A stretch of DNA of 64,000 nt from Candidatus Woesebacteria bacterium UBA5941 (GTDB lineage: Bacteria; Patescibacteriota; Microgenomatia; UBA8517), in the NCBI GenBank assembly GCA_002430735.1, contig DJCV01000017.1:17238-81237 (forward strand), given 5' to 3'. Made by a program: the position numbers and the translations under genes. Shown here piece after piece: positions 56,090-64,000 of the stretch. The stretch's first letter is position 1. Each line of letters begins with the position of its first letter. Below the pieces are notes generated by a model that searched no databases, was not told the origin of the DNA, and was given only the letters and a program-made list of their open reading frames with translations.

Positions 56090-56998
56090 ATGAGCCGTTT
56101 TATTATTGTTGACGGAAACGCAATTCTACACCGTGCGTATCATGCACTCCCTCCATTAAAGACCAAGAAAGGCGAACCAATTAATGCCGTATATGGGATG
56201 ATTAGTATGTCCCTGAAAATTATTGAAGAATTTAAACCCACCCACTTCACCTTTGCATTCGATACAAAGGAACCAACCTTTAGAAATAAATTAAGCGTTG
56301 AGTATCAAGCACAACGAGCTGAAGTAGATTCTGACTTAGTATCACAATTTGCGAGAGCACGGGAAACCTTGACTGCATTTAATTTTTGCTACTTTGAGAA
56401 ATCAGGATTTGAAGCGGATGATGTTATTGGAACAATAGTTACAATCGTTTCTAAAATGGATGCATTCTCAGAAATTATTGTTGCAACCGGGGATCGCGAT
56501 TTATTGCAGTTAGTGAGTGATAAAGTTTCATTATTTATGCCTTCGGTTGGGGTGGCTTCAGGCAAAAAATTTGGACGAGAAGAAACCAAAGAAAAGATGG
56601 GGGTATATCCAGAACATATTGTTGATTATAAAGCGCTCGTCGGAGACCCTTCTGATAACTACAAAGGTGTTCCAGGAATTGGCCCAAAAACGGCTATTAG
56701 TCTTATTCACGAATTCGGTTCTTTGGATACTATGCTTTCACATATTGAATCTCTGCCAAAGAAAGTACAAGAAAAATTAACTCTCCATCGCGAATCAGCG
56801 CTTTTGTCCCAAAAACTCGCAACAATTGTTCGCGATGTACCACTTCCTGAATTTAAAATAGATGACTGCAATAAGTGGCACCTTGATAATCCTCAAGGAG
56901 TGGCGCTCTTTGAAGAATTTGGATTTAAAACGCTCACTGCTCGTGTGAAGCAAGCTGCGAAAAGTATTCTTTCAGAAAACCAACTTAGGCTATTATGA
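56090..56998 (+). CDS. 5'-3' exonuclease (Pol I N-terminal domain-like / FEN family)
   Basis: MSRFIIVDGNAILHRAYHA, acidic clusters, GVPGIGPKTA helix-hairpin-helix. Confidence 0.8.
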   Translation: MSRFIIVDGNAILHRAYHALPPLKTKKGEPINAVYGMISMSLKIIEEFKPTHFTFAFDTKEPTFRNKLSVEYQAQRAEVDSDLVSQFARARETLTAFNFCYFEKSGFEADDVIGTIVTIVSKMDAFSEIIVATGDRDLLQLVSDKVSLFMPSVGVASGKKFGREETKEKMGVYPEHIVDYKALVGDPSDNYKGVPGIGPKTAISLIHEFGSLDTMLSHIESLPKKVQEKLTLHRESALLSQKLATIVRDVPLPEFKIDDCNKWHLDNPQGVALFEEFGFKTLTARVKQAAKSILSENQLRLL

Positions 56999-58119
56999 AA
57001 GGAATGAAAGTTGCATTAGTGCATGATTACATTAAAGATGCGGGAGGCGCGGAGCGCGTACTTCGAACCCTGAGCGATCTTTATCCAGATGCCCCCATTT
57101 ACACCGCCTTTCGTGTGAAAAATTCTCCCGCTGATCAATTGTTTACTGACCGCGTGATATACGAAAGCGCTCTTGCTCCCATATTGCGACCGTGGAGATT
57201 GTACAGCCCGTTACGATTTTTAATGCCATGGATTTGGGGAAGCATTAATTTATCTGCATATGACGTGGTTATAACCTCTTGTTCAAATTATTTTGCAAAA
57301 GGGTTTAGAGTAGGTGAGAATACAAAAGTTATTGCATATTGTCATACCCCTCCACGGTTTTTGTATGGGTTTAAAACCGGGATTGATTGGCGCAAAAATA
57401 TATTTGTTAGGGCATATGGCGAAATAATCTCTCACTTTTTGCGCATCTACGATTACAATGTTTCTCAAAAAATAACTCACTGGATCGCAAATTCACAAAA
57501 CGTGCAAACACGAATCAGAAAATTTTATCGAAAAGAAGCAACTGTGATATATCCACCGGTTGACGTTCAAACTATTATTAAAGCCTCCAAAAAAGTAAAG
57601 CGCCAAGAGTTCTTTTTGATCGCCGCACGACTTGTCGGATCTAAGGGAATTATGGATGCAATTGTTGCCGCAAATGAATTGCATATTCCCCTTACTATTG
57701 TCGGGAAAGCGGATGGCTTTACCAGTGTAGAGTCTCAACTCAAGGCAATTGGTGGAGAACATGTCACGTTCTTGGGGAGGGTAAGCGACAGTGAGTTGTG
57801 GAAACTCTACGCGCAAGCAAAAGGGTTTATTGCGCTTGCGAAGGATGAGGACTTTGGAATGACTGTTGTAGAAGCGCAAGCTGCTGGTACGCCAGTGATC
57901 GCGTTTAATGGAGGAGGATTTAAGGAGTCTGTGATTCACGGAAAGACGGGTATTTTAATCGATAAAACGGATAAAAAGACACTCGAAGAAGCATTTACTC
58001 GATTTAACAAAACGAAGTGGGATGCTGCAGTCATTCAGAAAAATGCGTTGCGCTTTTCAAAAGAAACATTTGCAGACCGTTTCACTAAATACCTTACATC
58101 AGTATGGCAAGCCAAATAA
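56995..58119 (+). CDS. family 4 glycosyltransferase
   Basis: EDFGMTVVEAQAAGTPVIAF (E-x7-E GT4 motif). Confidence 0.75.
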   Translation: MKGMKVALVHDYIKDAGGAERVLRTLSDLYPDAPIYTAFRVKNSPADQLFTDRVIYESALAPILRPWRLYSPLRFLMPWIWGSINLSAYDVVITSCSNYFAKGFRVGENTKVIAYCHTPPRFLYGFKTGIDWRKNIFVRAYGEIISHFLRIYDYNVSQKITHWIANSQNVQTRIRKFYRKEATVIYPPVDVQTIIKASKKVKRQEFFLIAARLVGSKGIMDAIVAANELHIPLTIVGKADGFTSVESQLKAIGGEHVTFLGRVSDSELWKLYAQAKGFIALAKDEDFGMTVVEAQAAGTPVIAFNGGGFKESVIHGKTGILIDKTDKKTLEEAFTRFNKTKWDAAVIQKNALRFSKETFADRFTKYLTSVWQAK

Positions 58120-58703
58120 CTCACATCGTCTATGGAAAGAAAATTTTCGACCGAATTGGAGGTCATGATTGGCATGATTTCGTGATTGGTACAGTGTTCC
58201 CAGATATACGATACATTGCAAAGCTTAAAAGAGATGATACACACATATATAACACCTCAGAAGACCAGATTCCTCGTAACAACTCGTTTAACGCAGGATT
58301 TTACACACACTGCTTTGTTGATGAGAAGAGAGAGTCTTTGCTTGCTTCGTATGGCCTGTACAACTTGATTCCGCGGGATTACTTACATGTGACTGCAGTA
58401 AAATTACTCGAAGACACGATTACGTATCCATTGTTTAACGATTGGAAGTCTATTTGCCAGATACTAAAAGATATCTCAGAAGAAGAGAAGACATATGGAG
58501 TCTCGCATGAAGTTATTCGTGGGTGGCATGATGAACTTAGTAATTATATGGAGAAGGGCCCCAGTGAGGAATTGTGGGAATCGCTATTAACAGATATTGA
58601 GATACCGTCTGTCACTGCAAAGCAAATTGCCACTCTTGCGAGTTCGTTTACGGCAGAAGAGAAAATATGTGACATGATACGAGAAGTGTATAAAGCAATA
58701 TAA
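58104..58703 (+). CDS. hypothetical protein (His-rich N-terminus, possible metal-dependent hydrolase)
   Basis: ATG start; HIVYG...HDWHDF...FPDIRY...YTHCFVDE. Confidence 0.4.
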   Translation: MASQITHIVYGKKIFDRIGGHDWHDFVIGTVFPDIRYIAKLKRDDTHIYNTSEDQIPRNNSFNAGFYTHCFVDEKRESLLASYGLYNLIPRDYLHVTAVKLLEDTITYPLFNDWKSICQILKDISEEEKTYGVSHEVIRGWHDELSNYMEKGPSEELWESLLTDIEIPSVTAKQIATLASSFTAEEKICDMIREVYKAI

Positions 58704-59552
58704 ATGCCAGAACTTCCTGAAGTTGAATCAATACGAACACAGCTTGAAATGTTTCTCGAGGGGCATTCAATCCTTTCTGTAGAAAAAACTGATCCGAAGA
58801 TTTTTCAGGGAAATCCACCGGACATAGAAGGATCACAGTTTACTTCTGTTCGTCGCTTTGGAAAAGTCTTAATTATCGATTTAGATAACGATTTTTCGAT
58901 CATGATTCACGTAAAGCTAACAGGGCAGCTTATTTATCGCGGTCCTAACTTACCGAATCCTCGTGAGTTATCAAAGAAAGTTGCAGGAGGTGTGCCAGGG
59001 AGACACACACATGTTATTTTTAAACTCAATAACGGAGGATATTTATACTACAACGATTATCGTAAGTTCGGATGGGTGAAAGTTATTCGTACGGCGGACA
59101 GTGATTCGACTGGCATTGTCGGAAAAATGGGACCGGAACCATTCTCAACATTAACACTCGAAAAGTTTAGAGCAATTCTCGGAAAGACAAAGCGCCCAAT
59201 AAAAGTAACACTGATGGATCAAGAGCGCATGAGTGGAGTCGGGAATATTTATGCCAACGACGCGCTCTACATCTCAAAGATAAATCCAAAACGCCAATCT
59301 AGTGGATTAACCTATGAAGAACAAGAAGTGCTTTATAATTCTATCCTCTCTGTACTTGAGAAGGGAATGAAATACGGTGGAGCGAGTGAGCTGGCGTTCG
59401 TGACTCCTGATGGCCAGGAAGGAACATATCAAATGCATACCAGAGTGTATAACCACACCGGTGAGACCTGTGTTCAATGTAAAAAAGGAGTGATCGAGAA
59501 ATATATGCTTGGCGGGCGGGGAACGTATGTCTGTCCAATTTGCCAAGCCTAG
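58704..59552 (+). CDS. fpg: formamidopyrimidine-DNA glycosylase / endonuclease VIII family
   Basis: N-terminal MPELPEVE, H2TH, C-terminal zinc finger CVQCKKG...CPICQ. Confidence 0.85.
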   Translation: MPELPEVESIRTQLEMFLEGHSILSVEKTDPKIFQGNPPDIEGSQFTSVRRFGKVLIIDLDNDFSIMIHVKLTGQLIYRGPNLPNPRELSKKVAGGVPGRHTHVIFKLNNGGYLYYNDYRKFGWVKVIRTADSDSTGIVGKMGPEPFSTLTLEKFRAILGKTKRPIKVTLMDQERMSGVGNIYANDALYISKINPKRQSSGLTYEEQEVLYNSILSVLEKGMKYGGASELAFVTPDGQEGTYQMHTRVYNHTGETCVQCKKGVIEKYMLGGRGTYVCPICQA

Positions 59553-59567
59553 ATGATATGATGCTTC

Positions 59568-60632
59568 ATGGTAACTAAGCTCGCATTACAGAACTTCAGG
59601 AGTTTTACGGAATCGGTTTTCTCCTTCTCAAATCAAACAGTGTTCGTCGGAGAAAATGGTGTAGGGAAGACGAATGTTTTAGAAGCACTCACATTACTTT
59701 CAACCGGTAAAAGTATGCGCACAACGAAATCCGAGGAAATCATTCATCAAGGAAAAGAAGTAGCTCGTATTAAAGCAAAAATTGTTTCTGATGAGGAAAC
59801 GGAAGTTTTTGAAGTAGTCCTTACGAAAGGATTCTTAGAAGAAGGAGGATTACCCAAAAATACTCCACGAAAAAGACTCCTTATTGATAACACTCCAAAA
59901 CGAAGTGTGGACTATGCAGGAAAGTTTAAAACAGTACTTTTTCAGCCTCAAGACATGGAGCTGATTAATGCATCTCCTTCGATTAGAAGAGCTTTTTTGG
60001 ACACGGTTCTTACTCAGACCGATAGACAGTATAGAAGAGCGCTTTTGTCATACGAAAAAGGCCTTCGTCAGAGAAATAAACTCCTGTGGAAATTACGGGA
60101 GCTGGGCGGGTCTCGAACCACGCTCTATTTCTGGGATAAGTTACTGATCAAGGAAGGAAATTACATCAGCGATAAACGCTATGAATTTATCACCTTTCTA
60201 AATGAGCATGCTGAATTTGGTGGGAATATCTATAAAGCTCAGTATGATAAAAGCGCGATTTCTGAAAGCAGACTTAAGCAGTATGAACGGGAAGAAGTGC
60301 AAGCTGGAGTAACGCTTGTAGGCCCACATCGGGATGACATGCTTTTTTATTCTGAAGACAAAGAATTTGAAGAAGGGAAGGACCTTTCTCACTATGGGAG
60401 CCGCGGAGAACAGCGCATGGGAGTTTTGTGGGCAAAGTTAAATGAGTTGGAATACATCGCACACACAACTGGTGACAGACCAACGCTCTTGCTTGATGAT
60501 ATTTTTTCAGAGCTTGATCACAAACATCGACAGCTGGTGTATGAAGCAAGTTTAAAGCAGCAAACCATCTTTACCACCGCAGATCCACACTATATTACTG
60601 AATTTTCCGGTATTGACAAAATACAGTTATAG
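59568..60632 (+). CDS. recF: DNA replication and repair protein RecF
   Basis: FVGENGVGKTNVLEAL Walker A, LLLDDIFSELD Walker B/D-loop. Confidence 0.9.
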   Translation: MVTKLALQNFRSFTESVFSFSNQTVFVGENGVGKTNVLEALTLLSTGKSMRTTKSEEIIHQGKEVARIKAKIVSDEETEVFEVVLTKGFLEEGGLPKNTPRKRLLIDNTPKRSVDYAGKFKTVLFQPQDMELINASPSIRRAFLDTVLTQTDRQYRRALLSYEKGLRQRNKLLWKLRELGGSRTTLYFWDKLLIKEGNYISDKRYEFITFLNEHAEFGGNIYKAQYDKSAISESRLKQYEREEVQAGVTLVGPHRDDMLFYSEDKEFEEGKDLSHYGSRGEQRMGVLWAKLNELEYIAHTTGDRPTLLLDDIFSELDHKHRQLVYEASLKQQTIFTTADPHYITEFSGIDKIQL

Positions 60633-60646
60633 GGTGAGAATTAATC

Positions 60647-60976
60647 ATGTCATTAGAGCATGATCGCGAAGGGCAAGAACCAGATTATCTCGTCAGCAAA
60701 TTTCCAGCAGATGACGTGGTGACAGGTGCAGGGTACGAACAACCCTTGACTCCATATCATTCACCAGTTATCCGCCGAGAAAAAGAAGTCGAAGAACCCG
60801 AACCCGTTCAGGTCTCTCAATCAGATCAAGAATTGCTTCGAATGGCTGAAGACGACGAAGAAACAAGACCCACACCTGTCGTACCTACTGATTCTCGCCC
60901 TGCATGGCTTGATGAAAAAAAAGCATCGACACATCCTCCTCACAGTGTTGCGACAGCAAGTGCATACGATAAATAA
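60647..60976 (+). CDS. acidic, probably disordered hypothetical protein
   Basis: ATG start; E/D/P-rich 109 aa. Confidence 0.4.
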   Translation: MSLEHDREGQEPDYLVSKFPADDVVTGAGYEQPLTPYHSPVIRREKEVEEPEPVQVSQSDQELLRMAEDDEETRPTPVVPTDSRPAWLDEKKASTHPPHSVATASAYDK

Positions 60977-60981
60977 CTTCT

Positions 60982-61863
60982 ATGGAATATTTCTCATCGA
61001 AAGAGCTTAAAAAGCTTACACAACCTCAGTCTGCTTCAAATGGGGAAGACAATGGACAGGTGACGATTATCGGTGGATCAAGTCTTTTCAAAGGTGCGCC
61101 TTTGTTTTCATTAAAAGCAGCCTCAAGGATTGTTGATATGGTGTATTTCAGTTCTCCCGAACCAACTCTAGAGAAGGTCGCGGCATATATGCAAGCTGAT
61201 TTGCCAAGTTTTATTTGGGTCCCTTTTGAAGAGGTTGAAAAATACATTGAAAAAAGTGACGCTATTCTTATTGGACCCGGATTTCTCCGGTTTAGCAGTG
61301 AGTATTCAGAAGCCAAAGAGCGGATGGAGCTCTGCGATGAAGAATGCCAAAAGACTCGGGATATTACCAAAACACTTCTTGAGAAATTTGCTCACAAAAA
61401 ATGGGTCGTTGATGCGGGAAGTTTGCAAACTATTGATCCAGCCTGGCTTCCAAAGAATGCAATAGTAACGCCTAACAAAAAAGAATTCTTCATGCTCTTT
61501 GGTGAAAAGCTTGAGATGGGAGAGACCATTAGCGAGGAAGTCGCAGCAACAGTACAAGCTCAGGCTACAAAACATGATTGTATTATTGTTGTTAAGGGAC
61601 CAGAGACTGTTGTTGCTTCGAAAGATAAAGTTGTTGTGGTCAAAGGAGGTAATGCAGGTTTAACAAAAGGTGGTTCCGGTGACACGCAAGCGGGCTTAAC
61701 TGCGGCACTATTAGCAAAAAATGAACCATTTTTTGCTGCAGCGAGCGCTGCTTATTTGATTAAGGCTTCTGCTGACGAGATTCATAAAAGAGTGGGTGTT
61801 TACTATAATGCAACTGATGTAGCCGAAGAGATACCTCGTGTTCTTGCTTCATATCAAAAGTAA
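60982..61863 (+). CDS. nnrD: ADP-dependent NAD(P)H-hydrate dehydratase (YjeF C-terminal domain family)
   Basis: VTIIGGSSLFKGAPLFSLKAA, VVDAGSL, GGSGDTQAGLTAALLAK. Confidence 0.75.
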   Translation: MEYFSSKELKKLTQPQSASNGEDNGQVTIIGGSSLFKGAPLFSLKAASRIVDMVYFSSPEPTLEKVAAYMQADLPSFIWVPFEEVEKYIEKSDAILIGPGFLRFSSEYSEAKERMELCDEECQKTRDITKTLLEKFAHKKWVVDAGSLQTIDPAWLPKNAIVTPNKKEFFMLFGEKLEMGETISEEVAATVQAQATKHDCIIVVKGPETVVASKDKVVVVKGGNAGLTKGGSGDTQAGLTAALLAKNEPFFAAASAAYLIKASADEIHKRVGVYYNATDVAEEIPRVLASYQK

Positions 61864-61902
61864 AGCGTTGTTTTTTCCGCAAGTTTTGCGTATATTAACT
61901 CC

Positions 61903-62964
61903 ATGTACGCTCCAAAGTTTTCTATCACCAACAAAATGGTTCGTTTCTTAGGCGCAGTTGAAGCTGCTAAAGAAGTGATTGAGAATGCACCACTTGTCCC
62001 TGATTATGAGAAACAGTTCATGAAGGACGCAATTGTGAGAACGGTATACCACGGGACTCACATTGAAGGGAATGACTTAACCATGTCTCAAACGAAGCAG
62101 ATTCTCGAAGGTGCAACAGTGATTGCTCAGAATCGTGATGTGCAAGAGGTCATTAATTATCGACGTGCAGTTAATATTATCGATGAACTCGCAGAAAAAC
62201 GAGGAGGATATGATACTGATTCACTGCGAGATATCCATGCTGCCATTGTTTATAACATTGTGCCACCAGAGAAGGCAGGATTTTTTCGTACCACTCAAGT
62301 TGTGATTCGTGAGGAGGAGACAGGAAAAGTAATCTTAACGCCGCCAGCAGCTTTCCAGGTACCATTTCTTTTGGATGAATTCTTCACTTGGTTAAATGAC
62401 CCAATTTCATTGGATATCCATCCTGTTATTCGTGCAGCAATTGTGCACTACGTCCTTGTAAGCATTCATCCATTTATTGAAGGAAATGGGCGTGCAACTC
62501 GAGCATTCGCAAACCTTGTTATGCATAAAGAAGGCTATGATGTAAAACGATTTTTCTCAATCGAGGAGCACTTTGATGTAGACCTGAATGCATACTACGA
62601 TGCATTTTTCCAAGTAGATAGTCAAAGCGAAGATATTGCTTCCCGTGATTTAACAACCTGGGTTGAATATTTTTCAGAAGTAGTCGCGATCGAACTAACT
62701 CGCATTAAAGAAAATGTGAGAAAGCTTTCAATAGATGCTCGTATGAAAGTAAAAATCGGAGAGCAGGTTGCGCTTTCTCAGCGGCAAATGAAATTAATTG
62801 AATATCTGTCTGAGAATGGACGAGGTGTCATGAAAGACTTGAAACAGCTCTTTCCAATGGTTTCAGATGACACGGTCTTACGAGACCTCACAGCGCTTGT
62901 GAAAAAGGGTATTATAGAAAAGGAGGGTACAACGAAAGCCTCCTCATATATACTGAAAGCATGA
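61903..62964 (+). CDS. Fic family protein (Fido domain, probable AMPylator) with C-terminal winged helix
   Basis: Canonical HPFIEGNGRATRAF (HxFx[DE]GNGRxxR); N-terminal helix with IEGN; C-terminal HTH-like region. Confidence 0.85.
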   Translation: MYAPKFSITNKMVRFLGAVEAAKEVIENAPLVPDYEKQFMKDAIVRTVYHGTHIEGNDLTMSQTKQILEGATVIAQNRDVQEVINYRRAVNIIDELAEKRGGYDTDSLRDIHAAIVYNIVPPEKAGFFRTTQVVIREEETGKVILTPPAAFQVPFLLDEFFTWLNDPISLDIHPVIRAAIVHYVLVSIHPFIEGNGRATRAFANLVMHKEGYDVKRFFSIEEHFDVDLNAYYDAFFQVDSQSEDIASRDLTTWVEYFSEVVAIELTRIKENVRKLSIDARMKVKIGEQVALSQRQMKLIEYLSENGRGVMKDLKQLFPMVSDDTVLRDLTALVKKGIIEKEGTTKASSYILKA

Positions 62965-63164
62965 TTCCTACTGACCCGCAATTTTTGTACATGGTCCTTG
63001 TGTTGCCCACCTTGTTTGGGTTAACACTCGTCGGTGAGGGGATTTATAAAGTGATCCATGCTGAGTGGCATGGCTTAGTGAGTTTAATTTTTGGGATCAT
63101 TTTTATCGCAGTTGTCATTTTTGCCTATATTTTCTTCTCAACCTACCTCTCAACGCACGTGTAA
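62961..63164 (+). CDS. small 2-TM membrane protein, translationally coupled to fic
   Basis: ATG overlaps the fic stop (ATGA); two hydrophobic helices. Confidence 0.4.
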   Translation: MIPTDPQFLYMVLVLPTLFGLTLVGEGIYKVIHAEWHGLVSLIFGIIFIAVVIFAYIFFSTYLSTHV

Positions 63165-63179
63165 GGTACAATTGAGGAC

Positions 63180-64000
63180 ATGAAATTCTCAGAATTCACG
63201 TCATATCTTACCTCCCTTCAAGAAGTATCCTCTCGAATTGAAATCACAAAGCTTTTAAGCACTTTGTTTGAGAAGCTTCCTGTTACTGAGATACGAGAAG
63301 GAAGTTATTTACTCACAGGGTCTGTTGGACCGCTTTATTCAGGGCTTATTTTTAATGTTGCTGAAAAAATGATCTTGAGGGCAATGTCCGAAGCATACGA
63401 TACGGAACTTGCAGCAGTAACGGCTCAATACAAACAGTTAGGGGATTTAGGGCTTACTGCTCACTATTATGCAAAATCAAAAAAGACGAACACAGAAAAG
63501 TCAGTCCATGACGTCTTTACCCACTTAATTGAACTCACGAAAGAATCAGGAGAAGGGAGCCAAGAAAAGAGAATTCAATTAATTGCTTCATTTTTGAAAA
63601 CAAGTGCTCCTTCTGAGGCGCTTTACTACATTCGAATATTGACTGGAAATGTTCGGCTCGGTTTCTCAGAGAAGACAATGATCGATGCATTATCTTGGAT
63701 GGAGACTGGAGATAAATCGGCGAGTGCAGGGATCGGGAAAGCTTTTGAAGTAATTCCTGATATTGGAGAAATTGCATATCGAGTTAAAAAGGATGGAAGT
63801 CAGTCTCTCACTAAGCATTTAGTACCCGTTGTCGGGATTCCCGTTATGCCAATGCTCTGTCAGCGTTTAAAAAGTCCAGCTGAGATGGTTGCAAAAATGG
63901 GAGAAGTTTCAGTTGAGCCAAAGTTTGATGGATTGCGTGTTCTGATTCACTACAGCAAATCCAAAAATATTTTGAAATGCTTCACCCGCAATTTGAAGGA
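63180..64000 (+). CDS. ATP-dependent DNA ligase (archaeal/eukaryotic Lig-type), 3'-truncated by window end; not in the ORF track
   Basis: N-terminal DNA-binding domain pattern (MKFSEF...LQEVSSRIEITKLL...), adenylation motif I EPKFDGLRV (KxDGxR). Confidence 0.7.
   Translation, partial: MKFSEFTSYLTSLQEVSSRIEITKLLSTLFEKLPVTEIREGSYLLTGSVGPLYSGLIFNVAEKMILRAMSEAYDTELAAVTAQYKQLGDLGLTAHYYAKSKKTNTEKSVHDVFTHLIELTKESGEGSQEKRIQLIASFLKTSAPSEALYYIRILTGNVRLGFSEKTMIDALSWMETGDKSASAGIGKAFEVIPDIGEIAYRVKKDGSQSLTKHLVPVVGIPVMPMLCQRLKSPAEMVAKMGEVSVEPKFDGLRVLIHYSKSKNILKCFTRNLK

Noticed and set aside
1-64000. CRISPR arrays / cas genes
   Set aside because: No spaced direct repeats in any intergenic region, and no Cas-like proteins among the ORFs.
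1-64000. UGA recoding (code 25)
   Set aside because: TGA is the stop for several motif-supported genes whose C-termini align to full-length family members.

Overview
This 64-kb window reads as a low-GC, gene-dense bacterial chromosome segment, about 90 genes mostly on the + strand with short intergenic regions. Several genes overlap by 4 nt (ATGA), and RBS use is weak or irregular. The gene content suggests a Candidate Phyla Radiation / Patescibacteria (Parcubacteria-like) genome; this is inference, not a database result. Features pointing that way are an archaeal-type short triosephosphate isomerase, a transketolase split into two genes, a LOG-family gene inside a sugar-phosphate cluster, class II B12-dependent RNR with NrdR and PduO-type adenosyltransferase, two tandem class A PBPs plus an LCP protein, FtsH, and many tiny membrane ORFs. 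The standard code applies, since TGA terminates several well-supported genes.

Gene blocks, in order:
- 1-14 kb: transporters, a GT2 glycosyltransferase, pyruvate kinase, endonuclease V, LCP, an HD-domain protein and Ung.
- 15-21 kb: a MacAB-like HlyD/ABC/FtsX efflux trio, a membrane-anchored Mrr-like nuclease, a MutY/Nth-like glycosylase and an NRAMP transporter.
- 21.7-33.9 kb: a central-carbon supercluster of glutaredoxin-like, tpiA, rpiB, pgk, gap, rpe, LOG, tktAB, DhnA-type aldolase, class I FBA, PfkB kinase and 2-hydroxyacid dehydrogenase.
- 33.9-39.4 kb: a class A beta-lactamase-like hydrolase and two class A PBPs.
- 39.4-41.3 kb: a putative HEPN-motif protein translationally coupled to a CPBP/Abi intramembrane protease, then a DUF5667 protein.
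- 41.3-45 kb: nrdR-nrdJ-pduO.
- 45-51.4 kb: an orphan-protein block containing a membrane-anchored HerA/TraD-like ATPase, tRNA-Ile(UAU) and a Xer-like tyrosine recombinase with a dif-like palindrome.
- 51.5-64 kb: FtsB-like, two tRNA(CAU), trpS, FtsH, a 5'-3' exonuclease, GT4, Fpg, RecF, NnrD, Fic, and a 3'-truncated ATP-dependent DNA ligase.

No rRNA, CRISPR array or phage structural genes were seen. The best candidates for undescribed biology are the HEPN-CPBP module and the orphan/ATPase block next to the tRNA and recombinase.
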